DNA of 64,000 nucleotides from an uncultured Candidatus Saccharibacteria bacterium. GTDB lineage: Bacteria; Patescibacteriota; Saccharimonadia; Saccharimonadales; JAGQNJ01. The DNA lies in contig CAZNZL010000003.1 in assembly GCA_964577565.1 (NCBI GenBank), positions 241 to 64,240 of the forward strand. The letters are read 5' to 3'. A program made the translations under genes and the position numbers. Below, in pieces: positions 53,799 to 61,522 of this stretch (positions within the stretch are counted from its first letter, which is position 1; each line of letters starts with the position of its first letter). The notes under the pieces are model-generated. The model made no database searches, was not told the DNA's origin, and saw only the letters and a list, made by a program, of their open reading frames with translations.

Positions 53799-53864
53799 AT
53801 GGGTATTGTTTGGGGAATACTAGCAGTTATAGGACTACTTGTTGTTTTATCATGGATATTTTAA
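53799..53864 (+). CDS. 21-aa hydrophobic peptide MGIVWGILAVIGLLVVLSWIF
   Basis: Near-perfect AAAGGAGGTGG Shine-Dalgarno sequence 3 nt before the ATG. The peptide spans a single TM helix. Confidence 0.5.
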   Translation: MGIVWGILAVIGLLVVLSWIF

Positions 53865-53911
53865 GCACAAATCGGCGGCCACACTCTAAAAAACCACGTA
53901 CAATGGGTGCA

Positions 53912-54127
53912 ATGAGTAGGCACGAGAGTCATATGGAGACGGTTCCGTATTTTACGCCAGGCCAAGAGACAGACCAGGGCAGTGAAGGCACGGTATTGAC
54001 ACCGTTATCAAAAGAAGAGGTTATTACGGCAGTTACCCAGGTTTTGGGGCAACGGCTGCGCGAACGCCAAGGTTTACCGCCAGAACTCGACCCACAGGTA
54101 ACCCGGTTTATTGATACACACTTTTAA
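53912..54127 (+). CDS. small hypothetical protein (71 aa)
   Basis: TACAAT at 53899-53904 lies 7 nt before ATG 53912. The long ORF-track start at 53771 is rejected. Confidence 0.45.
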   Translation: MSRHESHMETVPYFTPGQETDQGSEGTVLTPLSKEEVITAVTQVLGQRLRERQGLPPELDPQVTRFIDTHF

Positions 54128-54159
54128 GCTTAAGTTGCGAAACGCTTATAAATAAAATA

Positions 54160-54225
54160 GGACCCTTTTACTAACTGCAACCTTACAAAGTGCCGGTAGG
54201 GGCTAAGGGAGTTAGTTAAGGGTCC
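54160..54225. terminator. long hairpin between convergent genes (possible bidirectional terminator)
   Basis: GGACCCTTTTACTAACT...AGTTAGTTAAGGGTCC followed by GTTTT. Confidence 0.45.
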
Positions 54226-54315
54226 GTTTTCCAGGGGGGTGCTTAAGGTAGTAACACCACTTCAGCTAAGAACGTTTCTTAACCTACATACCCTGGAACC
54301 GTCATGTTCGTCAGT

Positions 54316-54771
54316 TCACCATGTGCTGGTGACCGAACCGTTGCCGTCGACAGCCTCACCCGCTTCGTTCACGAACTTGACCATGATGTCGATGCTGGGG
54401 AAGTCTTCTTTGATTGAAGGATGGATCACCCCGTTGATGTAGGCCAACACCCTGACGCGAATGCGGGCGACGAAGTCGTGCTTCTTGACCTCTCGGGCCT
54501 TCTTCCTGGCTGGGGAGATGGTGATGGCGATGTCGGGCTGGTTGCCGCTGCACAGGGCGTGGAACTTGATGATGTCGAATACGACCTCGCTCTCCTTCAG
54601 TGCTTCGTCGAACTGCTCGAGAAAGATGTCTGCGACGATGCTCGGCAACTTTCTCGCGATGGCCAGTGTCAGTGCCTGCTTCTCGGTGTGACGACGTTCG
54701 GAACCCCCGGTGCTCTCTGCCTTGTCGGCGGGGAACCACTCGTCACGAGTCTTGATGATTACTTCGGGCAC
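54316..54771 (-). CDS. GC3-rich hypothetical protein (151 aa, GTG start, Met-Pro N-terminus)
   Basis: GGAGGTG Shine-Dalgarno sequence. 22 of the first 30 codons end in G or C, unlike neighbouring genes. Open frames on both strands are typical of high-GC DNA. Confidence 0.7.
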   Translation of the reverse strand: MPEVIIKTRDEWFPADKAESTGGSERRHTEKQALTLAIARKLPSIVADIFLEQFDEALKESEVVFDIIKFHALCSGNQPDIAITISPARKKAREVKKHDFVARIRVRVLAYINGVIHPSIKEDFPSIDIMVKFVNEAGEAVDGNGSVTSTW

Positions 54772-54922
54772 GTTAGTGCACCTCCTGAATGTTCGCTGGG
54801 TGTTACCCAGAGGTCAATCCACCTTGGAAAGACAGTTTATTGTAGCACAAAAACAAACAATAGTCAATATACTGATAAGGGGTAGAATACATACATCAAA
54901 TAAGTTTTGATACTATTAACCC

Positions 54923-55096
54923 ATGCCTTCAAGCAGAGAAAAAGAAGCATGCAAGCGCAAGGCCAGGTACTCTAGTGACGCCGCCGCGCAAGCAGCCCTT
55001 AAAAAAATCAACTTACACAAGAAGTTGGGTAAACCGTACCGGGTTTATAAATGTCCGGTTTGCTCCGGCTGGCACTTAACTTCTAAACCAAAATAG
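54923..55096 (+). CDS. 57-aa zinc-ribbon protein (...YRVYKCPVCSGWHLTS...)
   Basis: Below the ORF-track size cutoff. TGaTACTAT lies 6 nt before the ATG. It has a CxxC..GWHLTS C-terminal motif. Confidence 0.6.
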   Translation: MPSSREKEACKRKARYSSDAAAQAALKKINLHKKLGKPYRVYKCPVCSGWHLTSKPK

Positions 55097-55128
55097 AGCA
55101 ATAGCCGCAATGTATCTTGTACTAAAGT

Positions 55129-55989
55129 TTATGTAGTTGACGCTGTGGCTGTAGCCGCCATAGATGAGTCTAAATCGTGGAGAATTTCTTTTAATTCTGG
55201 GTCATCAGCATACTTGCCGCCTGCAGTTTTTTGTAACCACCCCGCAAGAGCCGACATAGCCTCTTCATGATTGAGCCCAGAACGGCGCGTAAACGCATCG
55301 TACATATCAAGTGCAGCTATTAACTTTTCGGCTCGGTCAAATTTGCTGTTGGTGCCAAACTCATGCGCAAACGTATCATCTTCGTTCAAAATAGAGCCGG
55401 GGTTATCACCACGCAAACGATGATGTGAGGCAGCAGCGGCAACCGCCTCTTCAGGAATACCTGAATCTACCGTTAATTCTAGTGTCCATAATGTGTGCAG
55501 GTTATAGAGGTCTCGCATTTTTAGCTCTTTAATGTCGAGCCCAAGTTTCGCTAGCTGGGCTTTGGCTGCGTCTGCGTCTTCGCCAAAATAACTGTCAACA
55601 AAGTCTTCAATTGGTCCGTTCACCGTTTCGGGCGGCAGGTTTTCTGCGTTAAAAATAGAGGCCATAAGTTTAGATTGTTCAATCGTGGCTGACTTGGGGC
55701 CGCTTTTACCAATATCGGTAAATAATGATCCTACAATTACGGTTCGTTTTTCTTCTTCAGAGTAAGCGTGGCCGGCTTCTGCGGCGGTATCAAAAACGGC
55801 TTGAGACATGGTAATGGCGCGGAGTTCATCTTCTACGGTAGGGGTTGCCTCGTGCAAAATAGCCAAGCGCTGAATAATAATCGGGTCTAAGACAGAAGGG
55901 TTAAGCTCAACCGATTCTAATACATCTCTGATCGTATCTTCAGTTTGGGTGAGTTGTTCTTCGTCGGCTGGCAGGGTTGTGTTTATCAT
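55129..55989 (-). CDS. degenerate HD-GYP-like domain protein
   Basis: FTDIGK in place of HDIGK, SHHRLRGDNPGS in place of HHE.DG.GYP, and ALDMYDAFTRR in place of the DxxDA..s.R pattern. Confidence 0.6.
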   Translation of the reverse strand: MINTTLPADEEQLTQTEDTIRDVLESVELNPSVLDPIIIQRLAILHEATPTVEDELRAITMSQAVFDTAAEAGHAYSEEEKRTVIVGSLFTDIGKSGPKSATIEQSKLMASIFNAENLPPETVNGPIEDFVDSYFGEDADAAKAQLAKLGLDIKELKMRDLYNLHTLWTLELTVDSGIPEEAVAAAASHHRLRGDNPGSILNEDDTFAHEFGTNSKFDRAEKLIAALDMYDAFTRRSGLNHEEAMSALAGWLQKTAGGKYADDPELKEILHDLDSSMAATATASTT

Positions 55990-56128
55990 AATGTTTGTTT
56001 TAAGGGGTATAATTACATAGTAGCATAAATGTTATAAAAAGTCAACATTTTTTCTCACTTGGATAGAAGCGATCATGCTTGCCCTGGACAATCGCAAGGT
56101 GATATTGTTGCGGGAATGAGAGTCATGA

Positions 56129-56338
56129 ATGAAGTTGCGTTTTGAAAGCCAAATTGTTTCGGAGTATGCCGCAGGGGTCTCATTGCTGGTTGATCTAAAC
56201 CAGATACGTCCTGATGAGCCTGTCCAGAGTGTTGCACTCGACGGAGAAGAAATAGAGCTCGATGAAGAGTTAATAAAAACTTTCCAAGACGTGGTTTCTA
56301 CCATGCAGACGGAAGTATTACCTCAAAAAAAACTTTAG
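56129..56338 (+). CDS. small acidic hypothetical protein (69 aa)
   Basis: ORF only. The antisense ORF 56032-56304 is judged less likely. Confidence 0.45.
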   Translation: MKLRFESQIVSEYAAGVSLLVDLNQIRPDEPVQSVALDGEEIELDEELIKTFQDVVSTMQTEVLPQKKL

Positions 56339-56357
56339 GGATTGCGTACATTTTGTC

Positions 56358-56717
56358 ATGGCTATGAGTGGAGTATGGCTACCGACCTGCTCACCATTTT
56401 ATAGAGGTCAAACGCTAGATCAGATTTGTGATGATAGCGTTTCAAGACCAGATCACGAGGGGCCAGTTGCCATGGGGATTCCAAATGATGAGCGTTGTTT
56501 GGGTTTTGGTGACGCGCGTTTTGTATATTCACATTCAGTATTTGGTGTAGAAACTAACAGGGGTATTTTGTATCTTCAAAAATTAGGTACAGGCTCTCGA
56601 TATGCATTAATGGCACCCCAACAGACGTTAAGTATTTTTGATCACGAAGTTGCACACCCAATCAAAGAAGTGACTGTTGCAGTAGATGACCAAAGGGTGC
56701 AATGGCAAGCGGAGTAA
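56358..56717 (+). CDS. hypothetical protein (119 aa)
   Basis: TACATT lies 5 nt before the ATG. Confidence 0.55.
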   Translation: MAMSGVWLPTCSPFYRGQTLDQICDDSVSRPDHEGPVAMGIPNDERCLGFGDARFVYSHSVFGVETNRGILYLQKLGTGSRYALMAPQQTLSIFDHEVAHPIKEVTVAVDDQRVQWQAE

Positions 56718-56736
56718 AGGTGTACAATACATAGTT

Positions 56737-57498
56737 ATGGCAGAGCAGCAATCTCACGAACCACCTGACGATGTTTGGAGGAGCTTTCGGGCGGCAGAAG
56801 GCGTGCAAGAAACAGAGCGGTTAGAGGGGTGGTATCGAACAATTGAAGGTCAAAACGCACGGTCATTACACCAAGTAGTTGGGTTAGAGGATCTAACTTT
56901 TACCGATCAAGAACCAGTCGGCACTCCAGATTACCCAGATGATGACACCAAAGAAAATAAGCTACGTGTACATCTTAATCCAGTGTTGTTGCAGCCGGAT
57001 CGTCGCCAAGAGTATATTGATTATGGCGTCGCGCCCGAAACTGCACACCTATTCGGTGACCCGTATGTTATTAGAGGTGAGGTTCCGCCAAGAACACAAA
57101 AGCTAATTGAAGACCTTTTTGCCAGTACAAATGCCAAAAAAGATGACAAGGCGAGCACACTTGAATTAGAGGTCTGGCGGGGTGATGTAGCAGGAGAACC
57201 GGTAGAATTTGATGTGTACAGATTCATCGACCAGATTAACATTGAGGGTGGGTCTATTAACGTCCCAACCTTATCTATAAGGGTAGTTGGAGTACCAAGT
57301 GACACGACTAAGAGAGTAGAGCAAGAAGTAGCTGAGAGACGTGGTCCAAGTGTTAGTTGGGTTAATGAGGAGGAAGAAGCCACAACCGAAGAAGATTCTG
57401 GCACAGAAGACGATGGCTCTAAAGCTGAACAAGCTTCGTCACGCCGAATTTTCCAGGCAATTCGAAGAAAATTTACAACCAAAAGGCGTAGAATTTAA
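56737..57498 (+). CDS. hypothetical acidic protein with a basic C-terminal tail (253 aa)
   Basis: TACAAT at 56723-56728 lies 8 nt before ATG 56737. Confidence 0.6.
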   Translation: MAEQQSHEPPDDVWRSFRAAEGVQETERLEGWYRTIEGQNARSLHQVVGLEDLTFTDQEPVGTPDYPDDDTKENKLRVHLNPVLLQPDRRQEYIDYGVAPETAHLFGDPYVIRGEVPPRTQKLIEDLFASTNAKKDDKASTLELEVWRGDVAGEPVEFDVYRFIDQINIEGGSINVPTLSIRVVGVPSDTTKRVEQEVAERRGPSVSWVNEEEEATTEEDSGTEDDGSKAEQASSRRIFQAIRRKFTTKRRRI

Positions 57499-57605
57499 GC
57501 ACAGAATTGCGTAAGCGTTTTGGCTATTCGTAACGAAGACCGTATGTCACTAAGCTACTCATAACGTAGCTTAAGCTGGACTAGTGCTGGTTGATGATGC
57601 TATTG

Positions 57606-57863
57606 CTATTCTGCTGTTTGGCTATAAGCTCTAGATGCCACAAGGGTAGCGGTTCCTGACAGAGCGGTTACGGCCAGGCTTTGGACAAGCAGTCCGTACG
57701 AATTTAATCTGGCGGCTTCTGCTTCTTGCGATTCTGACGTTGTCAGGGCAGCCTCTTGTTCTGCAGTTTTAATCTCATTTACATTATAGCCTACAACCCC
57801 CAGACTTACCCCTGTGGCTATACCAAAAGCTACTGTTGCGTTTCTAAATCCTCTACGTCTCAT
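57606..57863 (-). CDS. small membrane protein (85 aa)
   Basis: TGcTATTAT lies 6 nt upstream of the ATG. Two hydrophobic segments. Confidence 0.55.
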   Translation of the reverse strand: MRRRGFRNATVAFGIATGVSLGVVGYNVNEIKTAEQEAALTTSESQEAEAARLNSYGLLVQSLAVTALSGTATLVASRAYSQTAE

Positions 57864-57974
57864 AATTTCATAATAGCACTTATATGAAATTCAGTTCTAT
57901 TTTTTGACGTGTATATGAAAAACGACAGTAATTAAGGTCATTCCAGCAAAAGTTCTTGTATTCGGTATATACAA

Positions 57975-58583
57975 CTACTGGTCAACTACGCCTAGTTCGA
58001 CAAAGTACCCAAAAAGGGCATCTAGTTTATCTTTCGTAAATGCCCGAAGCTTACCCTCCGCCTCATTAAGTGCGGTTTCTTCCTCGGTTAGCGGGTGGTG
58101 TCCAAATATAGCTTCAACAAGCCGGTCCGCAGGGGTAATAAGCGCTTGTCCACGCAAAAAGGGCCTAGAATCGTCATCTAAAAGAAACGTTCTTTGCGTC
58201 GCATCAAGCATGCCTGCGTATTCATGGTAACGCTGTATTTCGCCAGTTTCTGGGTCAATTCTGCACTCTTTTTGGATGCCCCGAAATTCGTTGTAGGGCG
58301 TAGATTCACGGATTGCAGCTTCTGTAGCTTCGATTTTTATTGGCTGGGTCTCTACGACAAATAATCGTAGGCGCTGATCTACCGTCCCGTTAGGTACATA
58401 TTGAACTTCAACAAAATCCACAGAGCCCGGCCGAGACAGGGGAAGTTGTACCATTACTTCTTTGTGTCGCTCTATAGCAAGGGGCGGAAGAAGCGACATG
58501 ACTGCATCACGCAGCTCGGTACTGCGCAGAACTTCACCGGTTGTAGGATCTAATTCACAACTCACAAGCTTATAATACCACAA
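57975..58583 (-). CDS. hypothetical protein (202 aa, TTG start)
   Basis: Long ORF with no family recognised. Confidence 0.6.
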   Translation of the reverse strand: MWYYKLVSCELDPTTGEVLRSTELRDAVMSLLPPLAIERHKEVMVQLPLSRPGSVDFVEVQYVPNGTVDQRLRLFVVETQPIKIEATEAAIRESTPYNEFRGIQKECRIDPETGEIQRYHEYAGMLDATQRTFLLDDDSRPFLRGQALITPADRLVEAIFGHHPLTEEETALNEAEGKLRAFTKDKLDALFGYFVELGVVDQ

Positions 58584-58633
58584 AAAGCTGTATATGTCTA
58601 TGCTTCGCGGTCCATAGCTTTAGCTATCTGGAA

Positions 58634-59122
58634 CTATTTTGGTACAGCGTGTTCGCGCTTATAGGGTTCAACATCCCAAATATCTAGTGTACGTGTACTT
58701 GCTAGTTCAGATAAGACTTCGATTACTTGAGGAGTGATAGTTTCAAGTGGCCCATCACCTACAGCAACGTGTCCAGTCTCATTCTCGCCGAATATTATTG
58801 AAGGGAATCTATATTCCACATTCAGAAATTGCTCACCGTCATTTGACCAATTCCATTGGCTCCACACGGTGCGGCAATGTAGACCTTCACGAACTGCTTG
58901 CGTGGTACTAGGGCGAGTAGTGGTCAGATGTTTTGATATTGATTGCACAACTCCTGTCTCAATCAGTACGGGTAGGTCTTGTCTCCAATCTTCATCATAT
59001 GGAAAGGGTTCTCTATTTGCCATAATGAAAAAATACCATATCTCAGGTATTTTTAGTATTGCTTCTGCTTGGCGGTCCATACTTTGGAGGTATGTAGCTA
59101 GTTTATTCTTTCGGCGTATCAA
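58634..59122 (-). CDS. hypothetical protein (start uncertain: 59122 or ATG 59023)
   Basis: Long ORF. The start at 59122 would overlap the upstream gene by 20 nt. Confidence 0.55.
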   Translation of the reverse strand: MIRRKNKLATYLQSMDRQAEAILKIPEIWYFFIMANREPFPYDEDWRQDLPVLIETGVVQSISKHLTTTRPSTTQAVREGLHCRTVWSQWNWSNDGEQFLNVEYRFPSIIFGENETGHVAVGDGPLETITPQVIEVLSELASTRTLDIWDVEPYKREHAVPK

Positions 59123-59414
59123 CTATACCAAGCAAAAACAATGCAAATGAGTGCCTTGATTTTGCCGTAATGCTGTCCCGTGTTATTCCTCGAGTTAAAT
59201 CGAGTCTTTGCTGAACTTCTTCAGGGGGGAGTGCTGTTTGCAATTCGATGGTTTCGCCGTCTACTTCAGAAGTACCATCAGCAACGGCATCAACTAATTC
59301 AGCTTCTTGCTTCAGATCATCAACCATGGTTCGGCATGCTTCAATACCACCATTGGCATAGTTTGCAATAAATGCATCTCTTATCTCTTGTAGATCAGGT
59401 GACAGCTCAACCAT
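59103..59414 (-). CDS. hypothetical acidic protein (103 aa)
   Basis: TGcTATAAT lies 7 nt upstream of the ATG. Confidence 0.6.
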   Translation of the reverse strand: MVELSPDLQEIRDAFIANYANGGIEACRTMVDDLKQEAELVDAVADGTSEVDGETIELQTALPPEEVQQRLDLTRGITRDSITAKSRHSFALFLLGIVDTPKE

Positions 59415-59525
59415 AATATATATTATAGCATGAGAGTAATAAAAAGTCTATACATGGCGAGATGTAGAGTCAGATTTCCGAACAGGCAGCTTGTCATAAG
59501 TCAGAAAAAGTATTAAATTGTACCT

Positions 59526-60014
59526 ATGATTGAGACGATGGAATTTGCGCCATTATTTAGTGAGGAGGAATGGAAGTATTTAATTGCAACATGTGTTGCG
59601 CCAGAGGATCTGGTTACAAGGTATACAGAACTCTTTGGTGATACCTATGATGGCGAACCCATTGTGACAACCACCTTTGACGGTGAGTCAGCTACTATTC
59701 AACCTGTTGCTACTGATGAAACTGATACATTGAGCATTCTGCTTGCGCTTTCAATCGGCGGGAAGCCGGAACAGTTCCAATATAGTATGTGTTTAACACC
59801 CGAAGCATTACGCCGATCCATAGATCAAATGTCTGGTAGTCTTGATAGACCTATTGATTTTTTCGACATAGTCGATCATTATAGCCCAGCTTTAAACCGT
59901 ATACGATACGCCTTTGGTGGCGTGTCTACACCTGAAACCGAAGCAATGCAAGAGAAGAGTAGTATTAGAAATATTGTGGCTCAAGCTATTCAAGCAGCAC
60001 TGCGGCAAAGATAA
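59526..60014 (+). CDS. hypothetical protein (162 aa)
   Basis: ORF only. Confidence 0.55.
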   Translation: MIETMEFAPLFSEEEWKYLIATCVAPEDLVTRYTELFGDTYDGEPIVTTTFDGESATIQPVATDETDTLSILLALSIGGKPEQFQYSMCLTPEALRRSIDQMSGSLDRPIDFFDIVDHYSPALNRIRYAFGGVSTPETEAMQEKSSIRNIVAQAIQAALRQR

Positions 60015-60078
60015 AATAGCCAGCACCTGTATATAGCCTACGAGGGAGCTGAGTCAGATTTCCGAACTATATAATCGC

Positions 60079-60939
60079 TTACCTATCAGTTGTAATCGCG
60101 CAAGCGCCAACAGCTTTTACAAAATCGAACGGAATATCTACTAACCTCTGTTCACCCCTCTCTGCCATAGTCGGTAGCGTAACGTTTGTTCTTAACCCAA
60201 TCACACCGGCTTTGTAGGGAAGTGTTTCTCCGTGCATGGCACCTACCAGAAACAACGGGTCTTTGCTTTTGTAACCTGCTTCATCAAGTCGCTTTAAATT
60301 GTACCCAATCGTTGCTAGCATGTACCACTCCCGCATAATGGTTGTGGCTGTAAGATTTATGCCGAGCGCTAACTTATGACCCTCTTGATCGTTAGAGGAT
60401 TGATCTATCATACTATTTAAAGTTTCAACCATTCCATTCCAGTCCAATAGGGCATGTTCGAACTCACCGCCATCACTTGGTAAGTCTGCAAAGTATACTG
60501 GCTTGTTTTGTCTTAAGAGAGCAGCAAGTTTGCGTTGACCGTATGGTCCAAACGATTGGCCTTCTTCATCCGTAAGTGTAGTCCTGTTTCCTAATGAAAC
60601 GTCCCAAATCAGTTTTCTCTGGTGTTCATTGTGCCCAACACCCTCAAAGAAAATAACATCATGGGCTGCAAATGCATCCATTAGTTCACGCATGTCATGT
60701 ACAGCATTATCCCCATGAGGGGCAGCATAGATAGCAAGTTGAAGATCACCAGACCTACTTCTTAAATAATCCATTCCTTCTTTGAGGTGTGGTTGTGCTT
60801 CGATAGATGCAGGGACTTTATATGGTGATAACAGTTCGTTCGAAAAAGGGTCAACGAATTCAATGTGCTTAGTACCATCCCTTAAGTCACGAGCATTAAA
60901 CGAAGAGTTGTGCAGTTCAGTCGAGAGGCGAGTTGCCAT
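60079..60939 (-). CDS. hypothetical protein (286 aa) with His-rich motifs (APHGDNAVHD, GVGHNEH)
   Basis: TGcTATAAT lies 9 nt upstream of ATG 60939. The ORF-track N-terminal extension to 61068 runs through tRNA-Gly and is rejected. Confidence 0.65.
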   Translation of the reverse strand: MATRLSTELHNSSFNARDLRDGTKHIEFVDPFSNELLSPYKVPASIEAQPHLKEGMDYLRSRSGDLQLAIYAAPHGDNAVHDMRELMDAFAAHDVIFFEGVGHNEHQRKLIWDVSLGNRTTLTDEEGQSFGPYGQRKLAALLRQNKPVYFADLPSDGGEFEHALLDWNGMVETLNSMIDQSSNDQEGHKLALGINLTATTIMREWYMLATIGYNLKRLDEAGYKSKDPLFLVGAMHGETLPYKAGVIGLRTNVTLPTMAERGEQRLVDIPFDFVKAVGACAITTDR

Positions 60940-60979
60940 ATTATTATAATTATAGCATAAACGCTTTGTGTAGTCAATA

Positions 60980-61054
60980 TGGTGCGGGTGGAGGGAGTCG
61001 AACCCTCGTCTCATCCTTGGGAAGGATACATAATAGCCGTTATACGACACCCGC
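60980..61054 (-). tRNA. tRNA-Gly (anticodon CCC), CCA encoded
   Basis: Reverse complement is GCGGGTG...TATCC-TTCCCAA-GGATG...GAGGG-TTCGACT-CCCTC-CACCCGC-A-CCA. Confidence 0.85.
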
Positions 61055-61059
61055 GAGCC

Positions 61060-61135
61060 TGGAGCCACCTGCCGGGATTGAACCGGCGACCTACACGTTA
61101 CGAATGTGTCGCTCTACCAACTGAGCTAAGGTGGC
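61060..61135 (-). tRNA. tRNA-Thr (anticodon CGT), CCA encoded
   Basis: Reverse complement is GCCACCT-TA-GCTC-AGTTGGTA-GAGC...TTCGTAA...GCCGG-TTCAATC-CCGGC-AGGTGGC-T-CCA. Confidence 0.88.
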
Positions 61136-61219
61136 ACGTTAACTTCAATATTGTAACAGATTGCCAACAGATACAAATTCTGCTAAAATTTTATGGTTGT
61201 GTTTAGGATTTAGATTGTT

Positions 61220-61296
61220 GGGCTCGTGGTGTAGAGGCCTAACATGCCTCCCTGTCACGGAGGAGATCGCCGGTTCGAATCCGGTCGGGCCCGCCA
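61220..61296 (+). tRNA. tRNA-Asp (anticodon GTC), CCA encoded
   Basis: GGGCTCG...CCTCC-CTGTCAC-GGAGG...GCCGG-TTCGAAT-CCGGT-CGGGCCC-G-CCA. Confidence 0.92.
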
Positions 61297-61340
61297 ATCT
61301 AAGTTCTAAAAGAGAAAGTTTGCTAGAATAAACTCGCGGT

Positions 61341-61483
61341 AAGCACTATAATTTATTCAAATGCACATACCAAAAAACTATTTTCATGATCGCATAATTT
61401 TGTTGCTCTTGAGTTCTGGGGTGTTTTTAACCGTACTAAACGCTTTATTAATCCTATTGCGTCTTGATAACAGCCGCGGCAGC
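61341..61483 (+). repeat. 143-bp perfect direct repeat, copy 1
   Basis: Identical to 62341-62483. Contains TATAAT plus the first 41 codons of the membrane-protein gene. Confidence 0.97.
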
Positions 61484-61510
61484 ATCCTTAACGTACAAGT
61501 AATAATTTAA
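61361..61510 (+). pseudogene. truncated duplicate of the 62361 membrane-protein gene (49 codons)
   Basis: The first 41 codons are identical to 62361-62483, then the sequence diverges to a stop. Confidence 0.75.
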
Positions 61511-61522
61511 TCAGGACTAGTT

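Noticed and set aside
54356-54885. Three additional long ORFs overlapping the 54316-54771 gene on both strands
   Set aside because: Multiple open frames are expected in locally GC-rich DNA. Only the 54316-54771 frame has a Shine-Dalgarno sequence plus start and the strong G/C third-position bias I counted.
60940-61068. N-terminal extension of the 60079 gene (ORF-track start at 61068)
   Set aside because: The extension reads through tRNA-Gly (60980-61054). An internal ATG at 60939 has a TGcTATAAT box 9 nt upstream.
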